From: Carcharhinus amblyrhynchos
Taxonomy: Eukaryota
Assembly (NCBI GenBank): GCA_965287045.1
Contig: OZ336873.1
Location: 44,764,001 to 44,828,000, forward strand
DNA length: 64,000 nucleotides
Direction of reading: 5' to 3'
Both the position numbers and the translations under genes were made by a program. The notes under the pieces were generated by a model. It was given only the letters and a program-made list of their open reading frames with translations, was not told the DNA's origin and did not search any database. Shown piece by piece: positions 1 through 13,524 of the stretch. Position 1 is the stretch's first letter, and every line of letters begins with the position of its first letter.

Positions 1-2230
1 TACCCTTTGCAACAAAGCTCAACATTCATTTACCTTCCTAATTACTTGGTGTACTTGCATATGAACTTTTTGTGATTCATGTGCAGAAACATCCAGATTC
101 TTTGTGTACTGTAGTATTCTACAGTCTCCAAGTTAAATAACATTGTTTTTCTGTCCCTGCCATAGTGGACAACCTCTTATTTTCCCATATTATTCTTGCA
201 TCGGTTGGGTTTTTCCCCACTCTATCTACCTATATCAAGTCAAAGTCCCTCCTCACAACTTAATTTCCTACATATCTCTGTAATGTCAACAAATTTGGCT
301 ACAATACATTCTTGACCCTTCATCCAAGTCATTAATACAGACCATAAATAGTTAAAGCTCCAGCACTGATCACTGCAGCACTCTAATAGTTACATTTTGC
401 CAACCCTAAAATGACCCGTTTATCTTGGTTCTGTTTCCTGTTAGATAGCCAATCTGTCCATGTTAATGTAACTTCCCCCAGCACCGTGTGCTCTTATCTT
501 GTGTAGCAACCTTCTATGTGGCACCTTATCGAATGCCTTTTTGGGAATCCAAATACATTACATCTTCTGGTTTCCCCTTTATCCATACTCCAAGAACTGT
601 AATAAATTTGTCAAATGCTATTTCCCTTTCACAAAAGAATGTGGTCTGTGGCTAATAGAAGCATGGTTTTCTAAATATGCTGCTATTACCTCCTTAATAA
701 TGGATTCTAATATTTTCCCAATGACAGATGTGACTAAATGGCCTATAGTTTCCTGCTTTCTGTCTCCTGTCTTCCTCAAATTGCAGTGTTACATTTGTAG
801 TTTTCCAATCTGCTTGACCTTTCCAGAATTCAGGTAATTTTGGCAAGTTATAGCATTCACACTCGATCTTTGCAGCCACTTATTTTAAGACCCCACAGTG
901 AAGGCCATCAGATCCAGGAGACTTTCCACTCTTAAGTCTCACTAGTTTTCCCATTACATTTTTCTTAATTATTTTAAATTCCTCCCTCCCATTTTACCTC
1001 TTGATTTTCTACTCTTTTTGGGATGCTTTTAGTATCTTCTACTGTGAAGACAGATACAAATACTTGTTAAAAGTATCTGCCATTTTCTTATTTCCTGTTA
1101 ATTCCAAAGACACTCAACCTAAGGAAATAATGTTTATTTCAGCTACTCTCTTCCTTTTTGTATACTTGCAAAATCTTTTATTGCCTGTTTTTGTATTTCT
1201 CACTAGTTTTCTCTCATGCTTAATTTCATCATTGCCAGATTCTAAATTTTCCCCTTCTGGTCTACTATTAGTCTTGAAAGCATTGTACATTTCTTTCAAT
1301 TTGATATCATCATCATCAACTTCCATTGTTGGTGCAGCTTTCTTGTCTTTTTCTCTGGAATGTATCCTTGTGAGATATGAAAAATCTCTGCAGTGTCTGC
1401 CACTGCTTCTCTACCCTTTTTAACATATTTTCCCATTTCAAATTAGTCAACTCTGTTTTCATTTCATTGTAATTGCCTTTATTTACATTTAAAATACTAG
1501 TTTCAGATCCACTTTCCTCGTCGTCAGATGGAATGCAAAATTCTGTAATGTTATGATCACTCTTGCTAAGAGGATGCTTTATTGAGGCCAGTAATTAATC
1601 CTGCCTTGGTGCATGTTACCAGGTTAAAAACATTCTGTTCCCTGGTTGGTTCCAGAAGGTATTCTTCTAAGAAACTGTCCTGGATACACACTATGAACTT
1701 ATCTTCCAGGCTACTCTTGCTAATTTGATTCATCCAATCCTTATGAAGATTAAAATCTCCCACGATTATTGTAGTATGTTTCTTATAAGCCTCAATTATT
1801 TCTTGAATTATGCTCTGTCCTGCAGTGTAGCTATTGTAGGGAACCTACAATGTAGCTACTGTCTGAGAAACTATAAATTATTCCCACTAATGACTTGTTT
1901 TACTATTCCTGATCTTAACCTAAACTAATTCTACATTTTGATCCTCTAAATCAAGATAATTTCTCACTATTGATCTCATCCTTCATTAGCAGAGTCAGCT
2001 CACCCCCTTTTCCTTCACCCCTGCCTTTTCAAAATGTTAAATTTGCTTGAACATTCAAATCTCAACTGTGGTCACTTTGCAACCACAGTTGCAACTGTCT
2101 TTGTAATGGCTATCACCATACACATTTATTCCCATTTGTGCTATCAATTTTCCATCCTATTACAAAAACTGCATGCATTCAGATAAATAAGCTTTTATTT
2201 TTGTCTTTTTACCATTTTTCCCTACTGTCC
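1..2230 (-). mobile_element. Decayed CR1 LINE ORF2 (APE endonuclease to RT)
   Basis: Minus-strand fragments MGDFNLHKDW...DSFLEEYLLEPTREQNVFNLV and DWKTTNVTLQFE...KAGNYRP; many stops and frameshifts. Confidence 0.85.
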
Positions 2231-2261
2231 TTATTTGTTTGTACACTTGTATATTCTCCGT

Positions 2262-2372
2262 TCCTTCTCCCCTATGTATTCCATGAATCATATGTTTTGT
2301 ATGTATAGCGCACAAGAAACAGTACTTTTCACTGTGCCCCAATACATGTGGCGATTAATAAACCAAATCATA
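2262..2372 (+). mobile_element. 3' end of a Rex-Babar/L2-like LINE
   Basis: Reverse complement of 34180-34270; ends aataaaccaaatca. Confidence 0.6.
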
Positions 2373-5094
2373 TTTGTGTGCTTTGTCCCTTTGCATCACA
2401 CTGCAGCTATTATTGCCTGCATTGTTATTGTCTTGCTCTTTTTCTACAGCATTCCAAACCTCTGTGTTCTCCAGCTCAAAAATGTTTGCCTTTAAATGTG
2501 GTGCTCTGTCCTAGTCCTGAAACCCCTCTTGCCTCTCTATTATGCAACGCTTGCAGTTCTATCTTTGCTGTCCAATTTTTCCTGTGAAACTTGGCATGGC
2601 GCACGTATAATTCCCTAAACTTGCACCCCTTTATTGTGGAGTCCACTAGAGGTAGACAAAAACGTCGATGTTGGATGAAAGACTTGAATAAGGTACTCAG
2701 TGTTAAAATGGGTGGCACAGGTTTGTAGGGCCAAAGGGCCTGTTTCCTGTGCTGTGCTGTTCTTTGTTTGTTGCATTGGCTTTGAGCTGAAAAGGAGCGG
2801 AGAGAGAACTTGCATTTCAGGTCCTAAGCATGACTGTGTGAGTGCGAGTCAACTGTTTTTCTCTCTATGCATTTATAATGTTGCCCTTTTAAATAAATGG
2901 TGCGTGGGTTTAAAATCTGTTCTGTGTCAGTGATGCCCTCTATGGAAAATTGGTATTAACTGTTTTCAGCTGATGTTTGTCTTCAGAATCAGGTGCCTCT
3001 TGCCTCTGGAATTCGACAGTGGGTCCAAAAGCTGCAGGTGGAACTCAACACTGGCTGAGATTGGCTACCATAACAACTAGGAATTAAAGCTGAGACCATT
3101 TCTAACCTACCTGGTGCATTACCTCACCAAGTGATGTATTTAACCATTGGGTTATGAGAACTATAATTTCTTAGAACTTACACTCATTTAGCTATAAGTA
3201 AGTTGCCAGTGCTGGCTGATGCGCACAAAATTAATTAAATTGTAACGATAAAGAAACCATACTCAGTAGATGGGGACTGCAGAGATGTACAGGTGGTTGG
3301 CCCTGTTGTCAATCCAAGCATTGTGTGTTGTAGTTTAATGGTAGCACAGCTTTGGGACTATTCCTGTCACACAGCTTTGATGGCTGATATCTCAAGTTCT
3401 TGTGGGGAAGGGGATGGGGTTAATGGCATTATGTGTACTTGATTCCCTTGAACAATGATGACTGCTGCAACTACTAAACTAGGCTTTTATTTTCAAATTA
3501 CCAAAGTTACTTTACAGAAGGGTCAATTAATCACTTTATTGTTTTGGGCCAATTTAAATATTGTGCAGCCTGCATGGGATCAGAGTGCTTTCTTCAGTTT
3601 TGTGCACACTGGCACAGCTGCAGTATTTTACAAAGACACTGTTTTAGTGTGGCCAATAAAATTGAATGCTCCAGTAACTGGGACTACAGTGCTGCTGACA
3701 ATTTATTACACTGTGCGTTGTGCCTTCTATCTGGTGATTAAGAATTGTATGTCTTCCTTTAAATTTTTAAAATATATGTCTTTGATTTAAAGACAAATGG
3801 CCTATTTTCCAGCTGAAGAGATGGACAGGTGGCTTGTTCCTCAGATTTACTGTTACCATTCATAACTGATCCAATAGGAATGCAGAAAACCAAGCCTTAG
3901 CTGACATTCCCTCCAACCTCTTTCTTGCGTCTTGTGCCCCCTCCTGCCAAAGAAAGCATTGCTTGAGGGATTTGGCATGTGGAGAATATCTTCTCATCAT
4001 ACCCAATATGATAATTGAACTTGGAAAAAGTTGCAACATTGCAAGTTAATTTGTTCTTTGTTGCTCTGTATATCTAATCTTGGCTTTGTACCAGATCCTG
4101 TACATATCAGCCGATAGAACTTCATTTTACACAGGCCTCGTCTCTAATGCCAGTTGCTTGCCTAAGGTGTGCGGTGGTGATTTTTTTCTGTTGGGATCAA
4201 TTTTCTACAACAAACATGGCTCTTACACTGTGCATATTGTGTTGCAGTGTGAAGATAGTATAAAAAAACTGTATGAACACATGTATTCCGGCATGAAAGA
4301 AGTTCACTATTAGCCAGTTTACAAAGACTATTCTGTTGTCGTTTTGTTGATTATCTTGCTAAGGGAATTTTGATTGGGGTTGGTTGTCTCGGTATATCTA
4401 ATCACTGGCATATGATGGGCTTTTCAGCGTTTGGAATGATGTTTTTTGTGTCTCCTGAGATGGTTTGTTTTCCTGCAGTGAGTTCAGTTATTGTAGTTTT
4501 GGTGAAGTTTATTTTGCATGTACAGTTGACTGCTGAATGTCCAGTTTTGTTATTTAATTCGATCATTTTTATATCACACTTTTTTGTTGCAATGCACTTT
4601 AATGAACTGTTAATATTGAACAAGGTTAAAATAATGGGTTGCTTTCACAGTGAGCAAACCAGAACAACATGTTTTATAACTCCAGAGGATCAGTTTATTC
4701 AAACCTGCTATGAAAGTTGCTTGTTTTTACCTTGTACAGTGAGATTGCGTGCATTTTTTCAAATGATTAGATGTTCATTTACTTAACCAAGAGCAGGAGC
4801 TAGTGAGAAGATTTACCTGTACATAAATAACCTTGAAATGGTAGTTGACAGTTTCAGAAGGGGAGATTATTACTTGTAGTTTTAAGTCCCAAATTGGCAA
4901 TGATCAAGTCTATGAAAGATTGCTGCACAAGTTTAGGGAATGGATATCAAAAATAAAACTTATTCAAATAAAGAATTAGCTCAGGATTAAACAGCAAATA
5001 TTTTTTGTAGGGGTGATATCTGGCTTTGGGGAAATACTGAATGGGAGAGCAGTTTGCGATTGGTGCAGTGGTCCATGTTAGTCCCAATCTAAAA

Positions 5095-5870
5095 TTTAAA
5101 AAGTGGAAGAAACACGGCAAGTCATTCAGTATCTGTGGAGCAAGGAAAACAGTTAATGTTGACAACCTTTCATCAGAACTGGAAGAAATTAGAGATTTGA
5201 CTGTCCTGACTTGGAAATCTCTCACTACTACTTCATCACTGGGTCAAAATTCTGGAACTCGCTACCCAGCAGTATCTTGGGAGCACCTCACATGGATTGC
5301 AAAGGTTCAAGAAGATGGCTCACTGCTGCCTTCTTGAGGGCACTAAGGATAGGCAGTAAATGCTGGCCTTGCTTGTCACATCCAGTGAATGCCGTTTTCA
5401 AAACATTTTTAAAGACAGTGCGGAACTGAAGGGTAGACCTGTGATAGGATGGAGGATAAAGATAGGTTAACAAAAGGGATGGATGATGGTGCAAGGCAAA
5501 AGGAAGTGCTAAAAGGACAAGTAAATAAGCAAAAGATTTGTGAATGGCAACACCAATTATCAGCGGTCAGAGAAAATGGGAGCAATGATTATGATCTGAG
5601 GCCTTGAGTTAGTGCTGGAAAAGCTGTAAATGCCTGTCTGAGGTATGAGATGCTGCTCTTCAAGCATCCAAGCAATCCAACTTAATTGAAATAGTTTGGG
5701 AGACCTCAGAAGTGAGGTCAGAGGGGAGAGGAGCAGCGTATTAAAATGATAATCAAAAACTCAGGTTCATGCTCTTGGACTGATTAGGGAAATTAAGAAA
5801 GTGATCACCCAATCTGTGTTTGGTCTCATCAGTGTGAACACTGGAGCCTGTTTGTTAGATGCAGCCAAAA
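5095..5870 (-). mobile_element. Penelope-like remnant (second family), interrupted by a LINE 3' end at about 5225-5400
   Basis: atctgtggag...cctttcatcagaactggaa terminal motif shared with 36700-36935 and 54783-54970; minus strand carries CTGATGA. Confidence 0.5.
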
Positions 5871-6519
5871 TCACTGTGCAAAGGAATTAAGTGCACATAT
5901 TGCCACCAACACCATCAATGCCCCCTACCTCCCAGAACTACAGACATTAATAGCCTGTCTCAATGGCCTCCTGTGATAGGAATAGTCCCAAACAGTACTA
6001 CAGTTGAACTACAATAAACAGTGCAGCACAATGCCTGGGCAATGTGATCAACCATCGTCAGTACATCTCTGCAGTCGCCTTCTTCTGAATACAGTTTCTT
6101 TATTAGCTATAACTTACTTAATTTTGTGCATATTAGCCAACACTGCCAGCATAATTATACCTTAATAAGTAATTCATGGAAGAAGCACAAATAAATTGCT
6201 TTTATGGCTGAAAGGAGTGTTTTGGACTCCAGATGATGGGAAGGGAGTAGGTGAAAGGGCAGCTGTTGTATCTCCTGAATTTGGTACCAGAGGAACAAGA
6301 GGAGATTTGGGGAGAATTGACAAGTGGATCAGAATGATAGGAAGGGTACAGTTTCTTTCGAATGCTGAAAGAGTAGGGGGAGATTTGTTTAGAGGCATCA
6401 CACAGGAAGTGGTGGCATGGGATAGGATGTTCAGTTAAATGTGGGTGATTGGGATGGGGGGGGTAATTCTGTCATGGTTCTGGGAGGAAGGGGAAAGGTG
6501 TTAATAATCTGCATACATG

Positions 6520-7140
6520 GCAACCTCCCTCTCCTCCACTGTTGCTAAATTATCAGATTACTTATCCAACATTCCATATTGGATGACCAGAAGTTTCCTC
6601 CATGAAAATATTAGGAAGACTGAAGCTACATTAGTCCCCACTCCAAACTTAATTCCCTTGCTACCAACTTCCACTTCCTATAACTTTTTATTTGTACATG
6701 GGATGTGGGCATTGCAGGCTGGGCCAGCATTTGTTGCCTGCCCATCCCTAAATGCCCTGTTGTAGTTCATCTGCTGCTGAAACTCTCATTCATGCCTTCA
6801 TTACCTCTAATCTTGACTACTCCAAGCTGGTCTCCCACATTTTATTCTCCTTGCGGTCATCCAAAAACTCTGCCCATGTCTTGGCTCACAGTTAGTCCCA
6901 TTCTCCTAGCATCTCTCTGCTTGCTAACAAAACATTGGCTGCCAGAAAACAATGTCTTGATTGTAAATTATCATTGTTTCCACATCTTTCCATGGCCTCA
7001 ATCTCCCTCTCTATAATCCTCAGTCCCACGACAGCCAAACTATCTGCATTCCTCCAAATCATCTGACCTCTTAAGCATTCCTGATTTCCATTACTTCACA
7101 GTCAGTGAGTGTGTCTTCGGTTGTCTAGGGTTTAAAGCTG
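6520..7140 (+). mobile_element. L2 LINE 3' fragment
   Basis: LSDYLSNIPYWMTRSFLHENIRKTEA resembles the L2 RT C-terminal motif; similar to 29370-29810 and 48140-48600. Confidence 0.7.
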
Positions 7141-7294
7141 CTATATAAATAAAATTGTTGATTCAGTGCAATGATAGGGGGCATGAAATTATAGAAGGAC
7201 CTAGGTGAAATTTTCAGATGAATAGATCTGTGCTAGGTAATACACAAAATAGACAAATGTAGGATATTTGAGCTTGGAAGAAGCAAAGGGGGGA

Positions 7295-7635
7295 GGGGGC
7301 AGTGAATGGTAATCTCCCTGAACTAATCCAGAGGCCTCGGCAATGCTCTGGGGTCATGAGTTCAATCCCATCAAGACGCCTGGAGGAATTTAATTTCAAT
7401 TAAAATCTGGAATTGAAAGCTAGTCCCGGTAATGGTGACTTGCATGTTGATCATTGGAAAAATAATCTGTCTGGTTCACGCTTTCGGGAGGGAAATCTGC
7501 CATCCTTGCCTAGTCTGGCCTATATGTGACTCCAGATCCACAACAGTGGCTTGCTGGGAATCAACTACAATCAGTTCAAGCACAATAAATGTTGGTTTTG
7601 TCCTTGACTCCCACATCCTGTAAATTAAATTTAAA
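7295..7635 (+). mobile_element. tRNA-headed SINE with LINE-derived tail (family B)
   Basis: B-box gagttcaatccc; body ggaaatctgccatccttgcctagtctggcctatatgtgactccaga recurs at 37215-37567. Confidence 0.7.
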
Positions 7636-8273
7636 AATGACCTGATACTTTTTATTGAATTTCCTTTTGCAGTTTCATCTCATTCAAAGAGAATGTTAAC
7701 CTTCCAGCAGCAGGAAATTTGTACATGTGCTTGACTATGAATGGTATCAGGCTATCAACAGGGTTAGCGATCAGATGAAAGGTCTTGGCTAACTTTATAA
7801 TCTAATTATTCCTTTCTAACCCAGAAGAACTGAAACCAAACCTTTGCTCCTGCCAAGTTAGATAAGTTGGATTTACCCGCCAGTCTTGTATATGTATAAA
7901 TAGTATTGGGTCACAACATAAACTTTGAACTCCAGTGATTCTGCTTCTGACAGTATCAGCATTCTTTAGAATGTTCCTACATATGTGACCTTGTGATCTC
8001 CTCCCAAGATGTTTCCTCGAATGGAAATAATTTGGTGAAAGCTGTTCGTTAACCCTGAGGACTTCAGTGGGATGTTTGCAGGACTAAGATGGAACCCAGT
8101 CTCTCTGTGGCAGGGTGGATTCTCTCTCAGTAAATTTTCATTACCTCAAAGACTAAAGGAAGATTATTATGGGCAGTTTTTTCCCCTAATGGATTAATAC
8201 ATCAAGATTTCCTGTAGTTTTTATGCAATTAAACCTTGCATAATATGCATCAGTTTCTCTGTCTGATTTACTT

Positions 8274-8398
8274 GGTGTGGAGATGCTAGCGTTGGATTGG
8301 GGTAAACACAGTAAGAAGTCTCACAACACCAGGTTAAAGTGGGCTTACTATCAAATTAACTGGTTGGACTTTATCCTGGTGTTGTGAGACTTCTTACT
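8274..8398. mobile_element. Minimal Penelope-like inverted-repeat element
   Basis: agtaagaagtctcacaacaccagg...cctggtgttgtgagacttcttact inverted termini; flanks ctgatttacttg (8263-8274) and ctgatttatttg (8397-8408). Confidence 0.7.
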
Positions 8399-8962
8399 GA
8401 TTTATTTGAGGCATGTTTTTAGTGATATGAAATTATTTCCTTTGGTTTCTGCCTTGAATAGTTTTCCCCTGTTCTTCACAAATATTTTCTTTGATAAGTC
8501 AGTGCTGCAGGGTTTTTTGCAAAGCTCTATTGGGGCAGGCTGATAGCTTTGCCTTCTCACATTTCCACAACTCTAAGCACCAAAATAAATGCCATGTTTG
8601 ATGCATTGCAACATTGACTCCTCCACATACAAGTTGGCAGTGATGCTCCATAATTTGCCTGTACCAGTTACTGACTGTTGCATATGTTTGCAACACAGTT
8701 GATTTGTGGGGGTCCGAAGAAGACATAGGAAAGGGGCAAATACATTTGTCTGTGTGTTAACTGATAGCAGCTGTAAATTCATTCATTCATTCATGCATGC
8801 GTGCGCACACAAGGTGTGGGCTTTTGAAATGCTTTTTTTGTGTTTAGTAAATAGCTGTCTTCTAGAACTCTACTCTGGTTATAGTGATGAGACTTCAGTG
8901 CAGCATGACGTTAAAATGAATAATGATGTATTTTCTGAGCTCTGCTGGGGAGAAGGTACAAA

Positions 8963-8984
8963 ATGCAGATGTTTCTGTGCTGTG
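8963..8984 (+). CDS. Candidate alternative first coding exon of RIPOR1 (MQMFLCC-G)
   Basis: aaaATG start with A at -3, consensus donor G|gtaagt at 8985; phase 1 joins the acceptor at 12927 in frame with ATG 12953; surrounding sequence is TE-poor. Confidence 0.45.
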
Positions 8985-9999
8985 GTAAGTCATTAGCTCT
9001 CTAATGTTTCTGACATTCAAGCTTTGAAAATCATTGAAGAGCAAGTGAAGCTTAAGAATACAAGTTGTTCTTAAGCTGTAATTATAAACTAACATGTTAA
9101 CTCCAGTTCAATGTATTTAAAACCACAGATCTTTTTCAAACTTTCAACTCAGTAAACATTTCTGTGGATAAATGCACGTTCTGATGGCTATGGTGTAGAG
9201 ATTGTGTTTTTACGAAGCTGAAACCTTGTGCCTGCTACCTCCTTTGATGTTCTACATTTAGTCATTTACACAGGCAATGAGAAAACAGCATAAGCTGTGA
9301 TGATTCAAATGTGTCAGTTTTGGAAATCTCTCCTCAGCCAAGTTTTGTCATCTTTAGCTCTGATTCCAACTTGGTTCATCTAGTATTGCTGTACTTGGTG
9401 TCAAATTCTAAACTTCTCATTTGACCATTATCACTCAACCGGGTGAACTGAATCGGCTCCCCTTTAAACATGTTGAAGGATAACGGGGAGGGAATTCAAG
9501 GTTAAGTGTATAGAGCAGGAGGGTGTACGGGGGAGACACAAAGCTAACTATATAGCAAAATTGTTTCACCTAATTGACTATGGGTTTTTGATGTCATCTT
9601 ATTTGGACTCTGCTGGGAGACCACATCTTGACATGTAGGGAATAGGGAGTCTCCTGACATGATGCATGAAGCATTACAGCAATGTGAAACAGGCTAAATA
9701 GACCTCTTCAGCTTTTGAGTGCTCAGAAGTTCGAAGTCATTCTCAGTTTTTGGATTTTTATAGGTTCCACTGAGATATCAAGAAATAAATGTAAATAATC
9801 TTAATGATTGTGTGTGTAAAACAGTTTTATTTTACACAACTTCATTCATTAAGAAATGTCAAACTTCACTGCTAGATTTTATGAAAGAGCGAACACTTTC
9901 TATTTCTGTAATGTCCTCACGTTCTTGCGATATATCAAAATCCTGTGTGTCCAGTGAGTGATTTTTGAAGTGTAGCCTCCTTATTTAGTGAAATCAAAC

Positions 10000-10220
10000 C
10001 TACGAATTAGAAGCAGAGAGATGAGCTGCTCAAGTCTGCTCTGCCATTCAATAAGATCGTGGATGATCTGATTGTAATTTCAACCCTAGATTCCTCCCTA
10101 CCCTGATAACTTCTTGTTAATCAAGAATCCATTTTAAAATATTCAAAGATTCTGCTTCCACTGCCTTGTGAGGAAGAGTGTGCCAGAGACACTCAACCCA
10201 CTGAGTGATGGGGAATATTT
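10000..10220 (-). mobile_element. CR1 LINE 3' fragment
   Basis: Minus ORF VECLWHTLPHKAVEAESLNILK; similar to 61330-61560. Confidence 0.7.
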
Positions 10221-11304
10221 TCCAGGGACTGAGAGGTCTCTCTGCACAGCTTTGGTTAGTTATCAAGATCCTGTCAAACAGACGGCTATGACCTTCAACT
10301 AATATCTCATCTTTATGACAAGACCTCTGATACAGCACTCCCTCAGACATTAGTGAATTCCAACTTTCTGACAAAAGATGCATGCACAGAAGCTGTTGTA
10401 GCTTCCTTGTCAGGCCAGTATAGCAGCAAGAGAGGCCAAGTCTAGCAGAGATCCAGAAAATTAATTTTTTTTTTGTGACCCATAAGGAAACCTTGCATTT
10501 CTCTTACTATCGGCTTCCTATTCTCTTCCCTGACGTGATGCCTTCCCAATAGCCTCTGTCCACTTAGCTGGGTACTAGAGACCATTTCTTCAGGGTTCTT
10601 ACAATGGCCTCCTGATCCTGAAATGCTACTGCTGCCTGCTGACACCTTCCCATATGGAGCTGGGTGAGAGATGATGGAAGCTATACAGATGAGAGCCAGG
10701 GGTTAAAGTCTCCTGGACAGTAACCTAATGGTTTGCTGTCTGTCCAGATGCAGCCTGTGAGTTAACACAAACTTTAACAGTCTGATTAAAAATAATATTG
10801 CAACTTCAACTTTTAAGTGTGAAGTGGTTGTGCAGAATCTTTCAAGCCAGTGAACTCTTCAGTGACTAGGCATTATTATGGTGGACTATGCAATATGTAA
10901 TTTATTCTTTTTAAGTGAGTTATGAGTCACCTTTGATTCCTTGGTGAATATTCTGAATAGTTTTAAGGCTCTGTGTATAACGGATAATGTGCTTTCCAGC
11001 TACGTGTAGGAGTTGCTGTGATTGTCTCCAGTTCTGAACAGTGCAAGCCACTAAACAGTTGCTCAGAGCAGTGAATTTCTTTTCTCACTATGTTTCTCTT
11101 GCCTCTCTCCTGATGACATTGACTCCTTGTTGGGATATGTGTTGATGCAAATCCACTGGCCACCAGTATATGTTTTCAAGATAAGTATATAGCTGGTGTG
11201 TGAGAAATGAATGTTCCAACCACAACACCAAATACTAAAATCTTCCCTGTCAGATATTACTGGATGTAATTCCCCTGTGATGGTCTGATACAGGATGATG
11301 GAAG

Positions 11305-11830
11305 GTAAGAATTGGAGTTAGCCATTTAGCCCATTTTGATTCTGTTCTGCTATTCGATGAGATCATGGCTGACCTGTATCTTGGCTCCATCTAACTGTCT
11401 AGCTTCATATTTCTTTAATGCCCTTCACTGACAAAAATCTATCCATCTCAGATTAAAATTACTAATTGAGCGAGCATCTATTGCTTTTTGTAGTAGTGTT
11501 CTGCACTTTTTGCATGAATGTGTTCCTTTACCTTTTTATCCTGACTGGATGGTCTGGCTCTGATTTGAAAGTTATGTTCTCTTGGTTGTGATTCCCAATA
11601 ATTTCAATCTAATGAGTTCCTTTCAAAATCTTAAAAGTCTCAACCAAATTCCTTCTTGACTTTTATATTCTGGGAGTAAGGTCTGGTTTATGTAAACCCT
11701 TCGAGCTCTGATGACGTTTTGGTGAATCTGCACTCCTTCTGTGAGCAATGTATCCGTACTAAGATGTGATGCCCAAATGGTATGCAGCAGTCCAGAAAAG
11801 GTTTAACTTTAATTTATGTACAGCTGTAGC
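11305..11830 (-). mobile_element. CR1 LINE 3' fragment, decayed
   Basis: Similar to the CR1 3' end at 61330-61900. Confidence 0.65.
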
Positions 11831-12952
11831 ACAATGTGATTTGACAATAGGCAGACTTGTTCAAAAAATCTTCAATCTCTTTAGATGAGAAACTTCCCAG
11901 AAGCAATGAAGCTTTGTAAATAAAAAAATGGAAAATTCACTATGGAATCACCCTTGTTGGTACTGGTCTCCTGAGCAGGTGTGAAGATTCTAGTAAAATT
12001 CACACTAAGTTGTCTCCAGTAACCTGTATATAGGGTTTATAATTACCTCCTCTCAGAATTAATTTCTCTGTTGTTTGATGCACTGTATCAATTTATGAAA
12101 TAATTTGCCGGTTAAGGATAATGGTTTGTGACTAGTGTATTGATCTTTCTTATTGCATGCTTATTTGGGTGGCCTCCAACTGGATAAAGTGAACAGTTAA
12201 AGGCTATTTGAATGTATTTCATTTAGAGACGTGTCTGAAATGTTATAGCTCTAATACCTTTAATAGTTAACAAGATTTTGTCATCCAACCTAATTTTGTT
12301 TTTGAGAAGGTGTAGTATTACATCCCAAGTATATTTGCAAAAATACTTGTGTCATTATTTTAAAATAATGTGACTACATTCTGACTACACTAAAGTTATA
12401 TTAACCATTAGAACATAAGCTGGTATATTGCTGCTGGTATTCGACAAAATGAGAACAGAGCGAATCGGGAAGGATACTCTCACTGAGCCTGGAATCTTTA
12501 ACTTTTAATTCTTCATCCGTGCCATACTTTAGTATACCAAGTAACTTTACAAGCTGACTGGGCATGGGATTTCTTGTGGTACGTAGGATGATGGTTACAT
12601 TACTTTATGATGAGAGCATTCTGCCTTGTCACACATTGTTCTACTGGTAAGGCAGAAATAATTTGAGCTCTAATTGTTGCAAGTAAACAGCACCTGAGAT
12701 CACTTAGAATTTAACTGTTGTGTTGTTGAGGAAAATTTGTAGACTGCAAGGTGCTTGTAAATCTCCAGATGAGGAAAATTACAGTATGAAATTACTGCCC
12801 TTTTCACATACTTTTGATGCAGTGAAGCACTTATAATTATAATGACCCATTCTCGGCTCATTAGAAGCATACGTTAGTGTACGTATAGGACAGTCGTATA
12901 CTGATGTCTTTTCTCTATTTTGACAGGGCTCCCAGCCAGGATACCATCCACA

Positions 12953-13053
12953 ATGTCGCTCTCCATGCGGCCTGTGCGCCGCATTTTGTTTACTGGAATT
13001 ACTAGGAGTCAGTCTTTTGCTGGAGTCAGTTCACCACAGGACAAAGCATTCAG
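12953..13053 (+). CDS. RIPOR1: RIPOR1/FAM65A coding exon 1 (MSLSMRPVRRILFTGITRSQSFAGVSSPQDKAF-R); exon acceptor at 12927
   Basis: Pyrimidine tract then tgacAG|12927; ATG at 12953; translation resembles the RIPOR1 N-terminus MSLSVRP..RSQSFAG; donor AG|gttagt after 13053 (phase 2). Confidence 0.93.
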
Positions 13054-13524
13054 GTTAGTGATGTTTACAAATCAAACTGGGCCTTGATGATTTGATGGAT
13101 TATTTTCCCCACTGAGCCAGAATTGCAACGCTTTTCTTAAGCATATGGAAAGAATCGGTCAATATTGTAGGGCTGTGCTCTGAAGATTTGGTACACACAC
13201 AGTGTACTCACTGCCCCGTACACTAATGGTACAGATTATTTGCTCCATGTCAGATAACCGCGCCTGGGATGGCAAGAAGATCAGTGGTTAAATGTTGCTG
13301 CTGCTGTTCTTGAACATACAACCTCAACCTCTTACCCACAGAACTGACGAATCCCTTAAACAACTGTTCCCCGGGTTGAAATTCTGAGAGATTCAGAACC
13401 TCCCAACCTAACTTTATACCACCACATGGATTGCAACCATTCTTCAAGAAGAAGGGCAATTGGGGATGGACAGCAAATGCTGGCCTAGCCAATGACTTCC
13501 ATATCCTTTGAATCAAATAAAAAT

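Noticed and set aside
1001-1423. 140-aa hydrophobic + strand ORF (and similar ones at 4370-4786 and 56191-56622)
   Set aside because: Antisense to CR1 or T-rich intronic sequence; non-ATG starts, no splice or homology support.
2780-2850. Possible 5'UTR exon ending ATGACTGT|gtgagt
   Set aside because: Adjacent to a CR1 tail, and its ATG would be out of frame with exon 12927; cannot be supported from sequence alone.
8706-8996. 96-aa ORF read as an exon ending ..NNDVFSELCWGE-G with donor gtacaa at 8956
   Set aside because: It is phase-compatible and loosely resembles a RIPOR2 long N-terminus, but the donor is weak and a consensus donor lies at 8985; not supported without transcripts.
10520-10765. 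Possible promoter or first exon (TGACGTGA, CCAAT, donors gtgaga and gtgagt)
   Set aside because: Short motifs expected by chance; no convincing coding or conservation signal.
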